Assembly: GCA_000708835.1 (NCBI GenBank)
Contig: DF237433.1
Span: forward strand, 6,322 to 70,321
DNA length: 64,000 nucleotides
Direction: 5' to 3'
Source: Klebsormidium nitens
Lineage: Eukaryota; Plantae; Klebsormidiophyceae
Position numbers and translations under genes: made by a program. Shown here piece after piece: positions 11,260-23,403 of the stretch (its first letter is position 1; every line of letters starts with the position of its first letter). The notes under the pieces were generated by a model. The model was not told where the DNA came from and made no database searches. It saw nothing but the letters and a program-made list of their open reading frames with translations.

Positions 11260-11650
11260 TGGCAAAGCCGAATCGAAATTGTGAGCTATTTCCGAAGTGC
11301 TGTCCGAACCGTCCAAGCTGTCCATGAAGACAAATTCGTAGTTGAGAGTTCCTCTAGATGGACAGCAGTCCCGTCCGCAGGCCGGCGAGGCCGGAATCGA
11401 TATTGTGAGCTCCTTCCAAAGTGCTGTCCGAACCGTCCATGGAGACGAAACTGTAGTAGATGGCGTCTCTCCATGGACAGCACTGCGGTCAGCGCTTGGT
11501 GGGTCTCTTTGGCGGCATGACTGTCGACAAGAAGAACTACAAGATTGGAAGATTCTGAAAGCGCTGTCCATGCTGTCCATGCCGTCCATGGACACGAAAA
11601 CTGTAGAAGATGACGCCTCTCCATGGACAACACTGCTGTCAGCGCTTGGC
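11260..11650. repeat. Same minisatellite family, inverted, about 3 units
   Basis: GTGCTGTCCGAACCGTCCA...GTAGATG...ATGGACAGCAC repeated near 11297, 11420, 11560. Shorter copies at ~12270-12350 and ~13135-13220. Confidence 0.8.
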
Positions 11651-13676
11651 AACATGGATGCATTGATTTCAAACCAATCTGACCTGAGGCGCAGATCCCC
11701 CCACTCTAATTGAAAAAGTAAAGCTCATCTCAAAGCAAACGTTAAGAAGATTACCCACCATCTGATCTGCTCGAAGCTCTCTTCTCTGGTCCGCACGACG
11801 ATGAGCATGGGCAGTTTCAACTGATGGGAGGCGGTTGTCACTGTTTCTAGCAGAAGACGCTGCTCGTTGCGACGAGGCTTTGGAGTCCTGCATGAAGGAA
11901 GTGCATGAAAGGTTGCCGCTTTTTGATTCCCAAAAGCTGGCACCAAAAAGTTGCAGGAATTGCCGGCCTGGATTACACAGCAGACCGCAAGAGCACGCTG
12001 CACCTTCTCGAGACTTCAAGCTATTCGTCGTAACTCGGGTATAGCTTTAAAATTCTGAACGTTGTGGCCAGTATCGTGTTGAAAGCGACTTTTTGCAGTG
12101 AACCCCACAAGGCTCACAAGGCAGACAACACCATCGTCCATCAAGACGGCCATTCTATTCAAAGAAACAGCCTCGGTGGACTGCACGGACAGCCAAGACA
12201 ACACTCTCGAAATCTCAAAGGATTTCAAACACTGTCAACGATCGTAGATTCTTAAGTCAGGACCGCGGAGCCGGACAGCACTGCCGTCCATGGAGACAAA
12301 AGTTATTTTAGAAAGTGTCTCCATGGACACCGCGGACAGCGTGGACAAGACTTTGCAAATTTCACAGAAAGCCACAATCCACTGAGTGGAACGAGATTTT
12401 AGTAAAAGTAGCTCGCTGGAACTTGAATCACCCAGAAGTAGGGATGCTTGAGGCGCCGGGGCTTCAAACAATTTGTAGCCAGTATTCGAGGCAGGAAAAA
12501 CTTTAAAGCAGTGCAATCACCTACAAAGAAGGGACCTGGCTGGGTGGCAAAGGGAGCTGTATTCTGCTTCACTGGGCCCCACATCGTGGACCAAGAAGCA
12601 AGCAGCACTTGGGGGACTGACCTTATCTACTGAACTCAAGACTCCATGACTGGCAGCGGTCTTCTCTAAAGTAGGCCCCCAGAAGATGAGTGTAGCAAAA
12701 CACGTACCTGCGCAACGGTTGCATGAGAAGAATGCACCATAACCTGCCCAGGGTCTTTTTCACCACCTGTTCCCTGAAACTTCTCCTTCGACATGACACA
12801 ATTTGGGAGCGCCGCAGCCTCTGATGCAGGGTGGTCGCCATTTACTAAGGCTCCATCTCCACCATTCATGAGTCCACTCAAGCACAGGGTTCTTCTCAAT
12901 GCTTTATCCGTTCCTCTAACAATGTTACAAATCAGACCCTTGAGGAATATCGCTCATGACGGAACTCTTCAATGCCTTCTCGCTTCTCATGCGAATGCAG
13001 ACCAAAGATTGAAAACTTTGCCGCCCTAGACAGCTGGAAGACAAGGTCACAAGATTATCACTACGGCGACTAGGCCCTTGGTGGCTAGCCCAACTAAAGC
13101 AAGATATTCAACCACTTTTTTGGAGAGTTGCGGGAAGTGCTGTCCGAGCCGTCCAAGCCGTCTACCTTAGCGGAACTTGTAGATGGACTCGACACTCGAT
13201 GGACACAGTGCTGTCTATGAAGACCTTGATCTGCGGGCTTGATATTCGGAATATTGAAGTTTTCAAGAACTCTGGGACTGTCGAGGCGCTCCTGTGGTTT
13301 TTGGATCTTAAGAAGTTGGAAATGAGGAAAGTTGGGAATGAGGATTTTGATTTGAAATTCTGGATTTTATAGGCTCGCAGACGGGCAGCTCCTGCGGTCC
13401 GGTCCGGTCTCCAGGCCACTCATGCGCGCACGTACGAGCCCCGAAAGGCCAGAATTTTCCCTCGGTCCGGTCCCGAGGCCACGTACAAGCCCCGAAAGGC
13501 AGGATTTGTATCGGACCGAAGGAGACACTGGGAAGGTGGCAAGAATGCTGAGTCGGGCCGAAATACGTACGCAGCTGCCACGTACGGCACGGCGTCTGCT
13601 ATTCGTCGGACCGTCCACCCCCAAGTTAGCGGGTCGGTTTGCCCATCCGGACCGTTTTTGGGGACCGAGGCGCGGT

Positions 13677-13768
13677 GCGGCACCGGGTCTCGCCGAAAAG
13701 GGGTGACACGTGTATGGTTGTCCATTTTATGCCGTTAACAGATTGTTATTTGCCCACGTGTCCCCCCT
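13677..13768. promoter_or_regulatory. Dispersed upstream module with two G-boxes (CACGTG) forming an inverted repeat
   Basis: AGGGGTGACACGTG (13699-13712) and CACGTGTCCCCCCT (13755-13768) pair with one mismatch. Homologous to 18772-18851. Confidence 0.45.
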
Positions 13769-14723
13769 CTTCCATTTCTGCCGGTGGCCTTGAGATTCCG
13801 CTATGGGTTCCGTCCGACCGGGTCTGTTCCCGAGTGGGACATTCTTGAGGGCCGAAATATGCGCCTCGCACATTTTACCACGTATGCTGCGTAGGGCCCG
13901 ATACGTATACGCGATTTTTGGCCATATGTGGACGCATTATTGACCTCCTCGCCCAAACTTGGCCTCGAATGCAGCGGACAAGTCCAAGTTGCGGTTTTCT
14001 AAGCTTGGACCCACAGCTTTACAGAAAATTTTAAAATGAGATCAACGTCCTCCTTTGCTCGACCCTACTGACCTTTCATCGGTTTGCATGGTGCATAATT
14101 TTTTAGGAAATTGCGGCTGCCGCACCGTCAACTGCATCAAGAATATGTGGAATGCTAAGCTCGCCATGCTCATGCACATCTAACATGCGGCATTGACTCG
14201 CACGTAGCTTGTCTAATGTGTTGCATGCATTGACGGAACTTCCGGTGATCAAAGGAGCTGCTTTGGCATGTCGATCAAAGATTTCTAAAGGCATACATCG
14301 AAGTATAAGTATGTGTCGCTCCTTCGTTCTAAAACGCGTCTTATTGCACTTGATACCCATACAAGCTCACCATTCTCCTGCCCGCTAAATGCAAGATGCT
14401 CCCATATGCATGCGGACTACTCTCCGGAACGATCAAAGCCCACCCCTCAGAGACATGTTAGAATTGACATACTCGTACGTGCGCTTATCAAACCGCCTCT
14501 ACCGTTCGCAAATAAAGATGTGAGGTATGTGAGGCATTCAGGCTGCTCACAGCCGGAATAGTGCACACGGAGGATCCACAAACGTTGTAAATAAGTCTGT
14601 ATCAAAGACAGGAGCTGAGTCAAGATGTCCACATTGATTTGTTCCATCTGACGTTGCCCTTGTGCAGCAACCAGATGTCCCGAGCACCACCCTCGAGGCG
14701 AAAGAATGGCGCGTCACGGCTCC

Positions 14724-17700
14724 TCAAAAGCTGACTTCAAGTGCAAACTGCTTAACCGCGTTCCTCACTGCCGCAATCCCAGTACACTGCTTGATTTCAG
14801 ATCCCTGGAACTTCATGAAGGAGTCGGAGGGCAGGGTAAAGCAAAGCTCAACAGCCCCGGGCCCGTTCTGCTGGAGGAACTCGATGGCCTTCTTCAACCC
14901 AGCGCCTTTCAGGTCGTGCCTCTTGCTAACCGTTATCTGGAACAAGACGTTCGGCTGCACTGCAGAATCCACAGACTCGTTTGTCCTGCTCCGGGGTCTC
15001 AAATACTGCCCGTTTTGCTTGCCCTGAATATCTTGCCAACTGTCAAAGATGAAGGGGGCTGCACCAGGAGGAGGGTTAAGAATCTTGATCGAGGTGGTCA
15101 ACAACGGGTCGGACAGCTCCCTTATCCTAAATCGCCCGCCCTGGATTAGTCTGGCGTGGCAGAACCCCTCCCACAGGTTGCCCCTCAGAGCTCCGACGGA
15201 GCCCTCCCCTTCTGATGAGCTCAGGAACATTCTCAGGTTTTCCTTCTCATTCTTCCAAAGTTGATACGCAACCCTATGGGTCACGTAGACCGAAGCCATC
15301 TCCATCACGGTCGTCTCGAAGTCTTCCCGGACGCGAAGATGGAGCAATTTATGGCTCGCTTCATTGGGAGCCGCTTCTGACCCGACTGACTCGACGAGAA
15401 CCTTCAGAGACGTGCGGCAGATGGCCTGCTCGAGGAGAGCCTGAGCATCCGAGTCCACCTTCTCTAGAACAAACCGCGGTATGCCACCCCATCTGCAGGA
15501 TCAGGAGGATCTTGCAAAGCATCAGCGACTTTTGGATAGCATTCAAAGGACCTGTCCATTATAGATCGCAAGAAATAAGAATAGCATTCGAAGGACCTGT
15601 GTATCATCGACCCCATGAGAGCATGCGATTCCTAGGAGTAAAAAGCAAAAGCTTTCCTGACATATTCTGATGTGAATGTTCCTCGATGGAGATATAAGCA
15701 ACCTGCAAGTCCGTACCTGTCGTACCGGACCTTTGACTCGTCAGGATCGAGATCTGGGAAGACGCCTGCTTGACAACTCTCCAGTTCCTCCCACGTCCAC
15801 ACGTCCATGTAGCGCATCCGATAACCCCCCGTTTTCCAGGGCTCCTGCCAACAACAAGAAGGGCATATAAGCTTCCAAGACAAACCACCAAGCAGATCGT
15901 CAGATCAAGCCTTGACGAGTCCAAGAACTTAAACGTACAAATCTTGAGAGGTTGCTGCTTAGGTGTCCACAAAATTCCAGCATGCCTCACCTTGTAAATT
16001 CGTGGATCCGGGGATGTAACCAGGACCATCTGTGCCCCGTCTGGCATGTCGCCAACGTCCATCGGGTTGAGACCGTCTACCAGATACCTGCAATCAGCAG
16101 AAGCTTTTTAGATCGATTTTGTCCCAGTTGTGAAACCCCAGAAGCAACATTCTACCGGGCTCATACAGCAATTGCAGAGCAACAGATACAAACAAATTAT
16201 GCTTCAACATGCGACCACATCGTCCAGAATCACACATACCTCACTTCGGGCCGGCTCAGCTGATCTGCAAGGGACTTCTCGTCCAGCAGAAAGCATCCGT
16301 CTTTCGTAAGCAGCGTCGGCCTTGAACAGAATCCCCGCTTGACAACCACGACAGGCGGTGGCGGGTCTTCAGTTGCCCACTGGTACAGGAGCAGGTATCC
16401 AAATATAGATTTCCCTATTCCTGCAAGGAAACATACTCGGCTACACTTTGTGCAGTCTGGATGCGGCCTCAGAATCTCCAAAAGAGGCGAAAGTAAAGAG
16501 CTCACGGAACATAGCCCAAACCCCTTCTCAGAGACAAAAACATGTGCCTTTTTCTCACCTGGGTTGCCGATGATCGCCACTGCCCCGTTCTTTTTCTTCC
16601 CCTTGCTATCTTCTTGCGCAAACAGCCTTGACACTTCCCTCTGTAAAGATGGATAGCAGGCTCGAAGGTACAACTGGCTGCCGAGCTTCGCTTTCCCTAG
16701 AAAGTTGGTCCCCTTAGCAAGTGTCAAGACCTTTCCATCATCGGACCAAGCGGCATGCGGCAGAGCCGCCCAGAAGTCCGACAATGCTTGCGGAGGCACT
16801 GAAACTGCACAGGAAAAAAGAAAAGTTCCTTCCAGTAAGCACGATTGTGCAGTCGAAGGGTCTTCAGACTTGCACCGTAAGGTGATCTCAAGCAACCTTA
16901 CCAAGACCAGCAGACGCCTCTAGGCAAGGATTGCACAAGCAGGCTGACCCTCCCATTTTGTGTAGCAGCCCAGCTCAACTTGAGGCGGCTGGATGACGGC
17001 CAACCTATGCGCAAACAGACGCTCTAGCCCAGCCAAGAATCCAATATCTGCAGGTACTCACTGTCTGCAGAGGTACTTGGCCCAGCGGTTGCTGCACAAG
17101 ATCAACAGCATTTGTCAAGTACCATAGAAGAGGCTTCCGCAGATGCCAATCCAAGCGTTCCGCTTCCATCCAGCCGCAGCGGCCAAGCTGACAGTATCTT
17201 CCTGCCCTGTCCTTGCAATCAACGCTGTTGCACGATTCTGCACAACTTGCGGGCTCGTCAGCATCTGAGCATGCGCCTGACCCAAGCACAGATAGTCATT
17301 ATGAGCCTGACTTCCTGCTAGAAGCAGCAAGCTGATTGGTGCACTCGCACACGCCGGGCAATGTCTTGCAGCAAGCAGAGGTTGTAGTGCATGCTTCTGC
17401 CAGGCATCTTATGTGGCGGATGCTCAGATCAGGGAGAACGTACAATCATCCCAAAGAAAGAATGAAATACCTGGCCTGGCAGGTGAAATGCACTTGCACA
17501 GGTTTTATGTCAAGAAAATGTTGTTGTTGACAGATGAAAGCCTTCTGACTGGGTGTCTTTTGGGAGGACCATGCTCCCATAAAAACCAACGAACCGGAGG
17601 GGTGGTGTACATCACTGCGTCTACCATGACCCAGAGAGCTCAGGCACTCTGCCCTATTGTAGGCATGCGCAACTTCAATTGCACAGGTCTACCGTCAGAT

Positions 17701-18325
17701 GAATGTTGTCATGAGGAAAAAGAATCTCGGACTGCGGTGGTGCGAACCACAGTGTCTACCTTGAACCAGAAGCTCCAGCACTCTGCTCGACTGCAGGCAA
17801 CACTTGAATGCTATTGCACATGTCTGACTTTGAGAGAACATCACTAGATGCTGCTCCAAGGCTTGTAGCAGTCTTCCACTATCTTCAACACCCAAACACC
17901 AAAGCAAGAGACATATCCCAAATCTGCTGGCTGGAGCCGCTCCTCCCCTGTCCCGGATTGGGTGGAGCAACAGGTAATGGTTGAAGAAAGGCGCTCTGAG
18001 CCAATGCAATCACCTGCCTGCTGCCTGCATTGCACAATCTCAAAGGCCACTAAACACAAGAGTCAACATGCTTGGCAAAACGATACGTACCTGCAGACAG
18101 CAGCCGGGCCTTTTCGTCCCGCAGCTGCTCTTTTTCCTTGCGCAGCTGCTTCTCCTTATCCCGCAACTGATCCTTTTCCTTCTCCCAACGCTGCACCTCA
18201 CTCTCATTGCCAGCCGCTTCCGCACGACCAATCTTCTCTTTTGCTTCCTTAATCTCTGTTGAAAGAGCATCAATCTCTTCGTTCACCTTTGCGACTTGCA
18301 ACTCAACAGCCTGGATAGCATCCAT
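14724..18325 (-). CDS. Crinkler (CRN/CR)-type protein: coiled-coil header + P-loop NTPase + restriction-endonuclease-fold domain, multi-exon
   Basis: Exon 1 at 18325-18091 (EKEKDQLRDKEKQLRKEKEQLR, donor GTACGT). SDFWAAL...FLG...LYLRACY. Walker A GNPG|IGKS is rebuilt across intron 16421-16558. YMDVWTWEELESC, LRGNLWEGFCH, YLRP...ESVDS...LFQITVSKRH. Middle exons not fully resolved. Confidence 0.8.
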
Positions 18326-18771
18326 TTCGATTCTCTCTACCTTCAGTCTCTAGGACAGACCAGGCAGCATCTGGAAGCAAAATGCAAAGAGGAGAGAAGT
18401 GCTGATCTCCCGCCCCCTTCCCAGCCGAGATGATTGATGTCTAGAAAAATACTCGCAGGGATGGAGATTGCATGCGCCTGAGATGGTCCTTGAATGACGA
18501 GGACTCGTAGACAGGACAGGTACCAAGGCTTTCTGACCCGTACTAGCAGGATCACAGGAAAGAAAGGACGATCAGTGGTAAATCGTGTTTGATCGATGCT
18601 CTCGAAAGCGCTCCATGGCAGATGCGTTTTTCGAAGCTTTTTCTTTGCAACCGCCTTAACGCGCGCTGCTCGCGCTGTCTCTGCAATTAGGTTTCGGACG
18701 GGAGATTAACCGTGACTCCCAAAGTCTCGCTTCGCGGCCGGTTCGTTGTCCTACAGGCGACCTTCGTGCGG

Positions 18772-18851
18772 GCGGCATCGGGTCTCTCCGAAAGAGGGGG
18801 ACACGTGGCACAATGTGGTTGGCCCTTTTTATGCCGTTAAACAGATGGTTA
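18772..18851. promoter_or_regulatory. Second copy of the G-box module, upstream of the CRN gene
   Basis: GCGGCATCGGGTCTCTCCGAAAGAGGGGGACACGTGGC...TTTTATGCCGTTAAACAGATGGTTA aligns with 13677-13748. Contains GACACGTGGC, an ABRE/G-box consensus. Confidence 0.45.
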
Positions 18852-19376
18852 GTTGTATCCTAGGCAAGCGATTCTCTACCGGGTACTCTGGGTACTCTAC
18901 GGGGCGCCAGTCCCCGTCCGACGGTTACCCGGAATGTGGGCGTAGGCGTCACGCCGGCGGCATCGCCGAAGCGCGACGGCGGCACAATTTGGGCAATTGC
19001 CGTCGATCTCAAATGCACTCCCGAGTGCAGGCGCCCACTTGGGCCTAAAGGCACCCTGAATCAGTGCTCGACGACTAAAAAAGTGCAGCCCGGCCAAGAT
19101 AGGTGCCCGGTTTGGCCTCTCACGTGGCAGTCAAAGCCATTTTTCAGCGTAACCCAACGCGGGTGGCATGCAAACCGCAATTCAGAAGTCACTTTCCATA
19201 ACTCTCGATTTCGTGCATGAAGGGTAGGTAAGCGCCATGAACGGTGACGGAAACACTTAACTAATAACCTAAACCATAGTTTGCAAGCTCCGCACCCATA
19301 CCCACCCTAACCCCCTAATTAACCCCACCCGTCCCAGTTACCCTTCATGGCGCTAATACCCTTTTTAGCACAGATT

Positions 19377-19780
19377 NNNNNNNNNNNNNNNNNNNNNNNN
19401 NNNNNNNNNNNNNNNNNNNNNNNNNNNNNNNNNNNNNNNNNNNNNNNNNNNNNNNNNNNNNNNNNNNNNNNNNNNNNNNNNNNNNNNNNNNNNNNNNNNN
19501 NNNNNNNNNNNNNNNNNNNNNNNNNNNNNNNNNNNNNNNNNNNNNNNNNNNNNNNNNNNNNNNNNNNNNNNNNNNNNNNNNNNNNNNNNNNNNNNNNNNN
19601 NNNNNNNNNNNNNNNNNNNNNNNNNNNNNNNNNNNNNNNNNNNNNNNNNNNNNNNNNNNNNNNNNNNNNNNNNNNNNNNNNNNNNNNNNNNNNNNNNNNN
19701 NNNNNNNNNNNNNNNNNNNNNNNNNNNNNNNNNNNNNNNNNNNNNNNNNNNNNNNNNNNNNNNNNNNNNNNNNNNNNNNN
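19377..19780. other. Assembly gap (404 N)
   Basis: Run of N. ORFs spanning it are artefacts. Confidence 1.
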
Positions 19781-20653
19781 AGAGCGGTGCATGGATTTGT
19801 TTGTTGGCCAGTCCGCATTTAGTCTGCGTCATTTTATAGGTCAGGAGAACCAACAGAGGGTTGCTAGCTTTGTTAGAGAGGCGTTTAGGACTCGAGACTA
19901 CATTCAGACCTTGTCTCATGAGCCACCCATGGCTCCTACGGGACTAAAAAATAAATTGATTGATTGATTGACCCTTAATAGGCTTGATTCATGTACCGTA
20001 GTTAATATCAGATCGAATTTCACTGTGCGGTCTCGGTTTACGACTCATACGAGAGGGAGTTCTTTTCAAGGGCGCTTGCATGCTGCAGCCTGCAGGCTGC
20101 AGTGCTTGATGGGCAAAGCCGGGGGGCCAAAGGGGCAGCGTCCGGTGTCCGCTACCAATTCTTGCTGCTGGTCATTTGGGTAGCCCTTGCACCAGCATCT
20201 GTAGGTGAGTATGGTAGATTTGTTGCAGGGCAAAAGCTGCGCTGAATATTCCTGGACTGGGTTGTTTCCGGATTGCTCCCTGTGAGAACCAAAGAGCGCT
20301 TGATGATGATAATTTTCAGGGCTTTAATAAATCCTGAGCTGTGAATGACTAATGCACTCATGTACCTTGTTTTTTGCTCGTTTGTTGGCCTAGTATGTTC
20401 TGTACAGTACAGCAAATGATGGATGTCGTAGATTAAACACATGTACCCATGATATTTGCGAGGAGGCCATTTCAAGAAGCAAGGTGCAACGAAAGAATGA
20501 GACACAGTGTTAGTTATAGATCTGCATATCTTTGTACAAAGTATTCTTTATCAAAAGGCACTCTTTCCTCTCCCTCCCAAAAAGATATTGCTTTAAATGC
20601 CATCTCTCATCCATCAATCATTGGCCTTGCAGGTAGCCTTTGTGAAATCTACC

Positions 20654-23403
20654 ATGGCTGGATTTGCAACTTGTCTGGATACAAGGATGCTACTTCTGGT
20701 AATCTTGTGGGGGTTTAGTCTCACGTGCAAAGTGCAGCCTGCCACCATGGAGGATGTTGGCAATCTGGTCCATGGTCCCCTCTGGAATCAGACAGAGATT
20801 GATCTTTCCAACAGCAACCTTGTCGGCCCCATCCCCACAGCGCTTAGCAGACTGGTGAACCTGACCTACCTCAACCTTTCCAGCAACGCCTTCTCAGGCC
20901 AGATTCCTCCTAGTCTTAGTAACCTGACCAACCTCGCTTACCTGGACCTCTCCTTCAACAAATTGTCTGGCTCTATTCCCCTTGAGCTTGGCAACCTAGC
21001 CCATCTTAAGTGCTTAAATCTCTCTGTTAATGGCCTCTCTGGCCCCATTCCTATGCAGCTTGATAATCTCACCAACCTCATGTTTCTCTCCCTATTCCAG
21101 AACCAGTTGTCAGGCCCAATTCCTACAGCTTTAGGTAGTCCTGTCATTACGCACATCGATCTTTCCAACAATAGCCTTTTGGTCCCATCCCCTTGCAATT
21201 GGGCAACCTCACAAGTCTGACTTACCTTGACCTGTCTTTTAACAGGCTCTCGGGCCCCATCCCAAATGAGTTGGGTAAACTGTCTAGTCTTACTGACCTC
21301 TTTCTCAATAACAATTATCTTTCGGGCTCCATCCCCCTTGAGGTCGGCAATCTTGCCAAGCTTTCCATTCTCTCCCTCTCCTCGAACAGATTTGCTGGCC
21401 CCATTCCCCCAGAGCTTGGCAGCCTAACTAAGCTCACCATTCTCTCCCTTTACAATAACAACCTTTTCGGTCCACTCCCTCCAGAGCTCGGTAGCCTGAC
21501 CAAACTTACGGGGCTCGACCTGAGCAACAACAATTTTTCCGGTCCCATACCCCCAGAGCTTGGCTCTCTGACCAAATTGGCCGTGCTCATCCTGCACAAC
21601 AACGACCTCTCTGGCCCCATTCCCCAAGAGCTCGGCAACCTGACCGAGTTTATCTGGCTAGAGCTGAACAACAACAATGACCTCTCGGGCCCCATCCCTT
21701 TGGAGCTTGGCACTTTAAGCAAGCTTGAGGCCGTCGACCTCTCATCGACAAACACAACTTTCGATACCTTCAGCTTCTCGCACTGGAAGAACCTTTCGGT
21801 GCTGAGTCTTCCTGGCCCGCCCCCTCCCTCAATCCATGACACCAATACACTGTATTTGACTTTTGAGATCAACAATCAGACAACAAAAGGTCTAGACTTG
21901 TCACTAGTGCCGGACTCGTGCAAGTTTGTAAGCGTGAGGGGCCCGCTCACCTACCTTGAAAGCATTCGTTTTTGGGGAGGTTGCGAGAAGGGATGCATCG
22001 TTAACTTGGCAAGCACAAGGGCGAGATTATCTGGCAGCACGCGGCGGAAAGTGTGCTTAAGCAAGATTTCGGTTTTCCTCAATGGGGACATTCCTGACGG
22101 CGTCGTCGAATATGTTACCGATGGGGTGCCTCGAAATAGAAACCTTCTTAAGAACGAACAGGGGTTGATCTTCAACTTGACGGACCCGAATTTCGTGGAC
22201 GAGATCGACCTGGGGCCCAATGGAAGAGCGTACACGGGGGTCGGGTTCTCGCGGGTCCAGGCGGGCAATCTGTGCGGCTACCCCGAGGCGAAGATGGTCG
22301 CTGCTTCCGTGTTCGGCTCGGCTGCCGTGCTTCTCGTTCTGGCGACCTTCGCCATCATCGTGGTGGCTCGGTGGCGCCGTCGGATCCGCGGAAACTCCTT
22401 GAGCGAGAGCCGCTATCACATGTGAGTCAATGCTCGTCCGTCATCCATGATGTGTGGTGCACGAGGGGCTCGTTTGATACACCACTACGTTATATTTGGA
22501 TGCTTGTTGGTCACGGGGGTATTGATGTTGCACGAAGGGCTCCTGTGTTCTAGTGTATCCTAGTGTTGCGAGCAGAAAGTAGTTAGTCTGAGACGTTGAC
22601 AATTAAGCAGTCACAAAAGAGTGCACTGTCTCTCTTGCAGTTTGAGGCAAGGTGGCGTCTATTTGTGGGGAGCCGCTCGGGCAGTCCTGCCGGTGGTGGA
22701 CCTTGCCACAGACTTCCTGGTGTTGAGCGAGGTGTGGGGTGCGTGGCCGATGTGGGTGTTGTTGGCGTCCGTCGGCGCACCCTTCGCGTTCGGGGCTTAC
22801 GTGCTGGCCAAGGCTTGGGCGTCGGCCAGGACACCCTTACTTAAGTGGAAGGGCATGCGGGTGCGTTGGTTGTGGCCGCTTCCGGAATTGGGCGAGGAGC
22901 GGCTCAAGTCCGAAGGCACGAATGCGCGGTACTCCTGGCTGCTCGCGATCGTCCTTCTGCCCTTGGGGCTGGTTGGCATCCTCGTCCAAGACCTGCTGTC
23001 CGTGGCGGAGCGGTTCGGGGTCCATCTGGCGTGGGGGGACGAGATCGTCGTTTTCGAGCGCTACCACGAGTCCCGGGTGATGGTCGAGCTGCTCCTGGAG
23101 TCCTTGCCACAAGCTGTATTTCAGACCGGACTCTACATCATAGGGAGCTCGAGGGCGACGCGCATCTACATCGACGAACGCATATTCGTGCAGTCTATCG
23201 TAGTCTCTCTGTGTAGCATGCCCATTCACTACTGCACTATGTTATGGGAGGCGGTCTACGAGGGAAAGACATTGATGAGGGTGTTTCTGGACCGTTTCGA
23301 GAGTGCGGGGCAGCCGATCATTGTGACGGTCACGCCGACCAAGGATGAAGAGGAGATGGGGAGACTGAGCTTGAATAGCCAATTGAAGGCACAACATACC
23401 TAG
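20654..23403 (+). CDS. Signal peptide + plant-type extracellular LRRs + TM, spliced to an XK-related multipass domain, with one -1 frameshift
   Basis: ATG at 20654 (MAGFATCLDTRMLLLVILWGFSL). LxxLxLSxNxLSGPIPxxLGxL repeats. Frameshift in TTTT 21177-21180 (one more T restores NSLFGPIPLQLGNL). TM VAASVFGSAAVLLVLATFAIIVVA. Intron 22422-22640 (AT|GTGAGT...TTGCAG|T) is in phase. Then VDLATDFLVL and VELLLESLPQAVFQTGLY. Confidence 0.7.

Larger units (their letters stand above)
1..13220. mobile_element. Endogenous virus-like element (tyrosine recombinase + primase-helicase type), left end outside the window
   Basis: Compact cluster of Prim-Pol, two YR-like genes, MC1-like gene and D5 primase-helicase. 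No capsid or packaging ATPase is visible, so the class (PLV, virophage, NCLDV fragment or other) is undetermined. The right boundary is a guess. Confidence 0.6.

Noticed and set aside
11194-11713. Overlapping ORFs with repeated SPWTA/MDS peptides
   Set aside because: Translations of the intronic minisatellite in several frames.
10979-12900. Exact 5' exon model for the primase-helicase gene
   Set aside because: Donor and acceptor sites exist (e.g. near 11037, 11755, 12707), but a unique in-phase path could not be fixed without transcripts.
19255-19330. Telomere-like CCTAAAC/CCCTAAC words next to the gap
   Set aside because: Only a few non-tandem degenerate words, not an array.
19319-19967. 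Four ORFs spanning the N run
   Set aside because: Artefacts of translating the gap.
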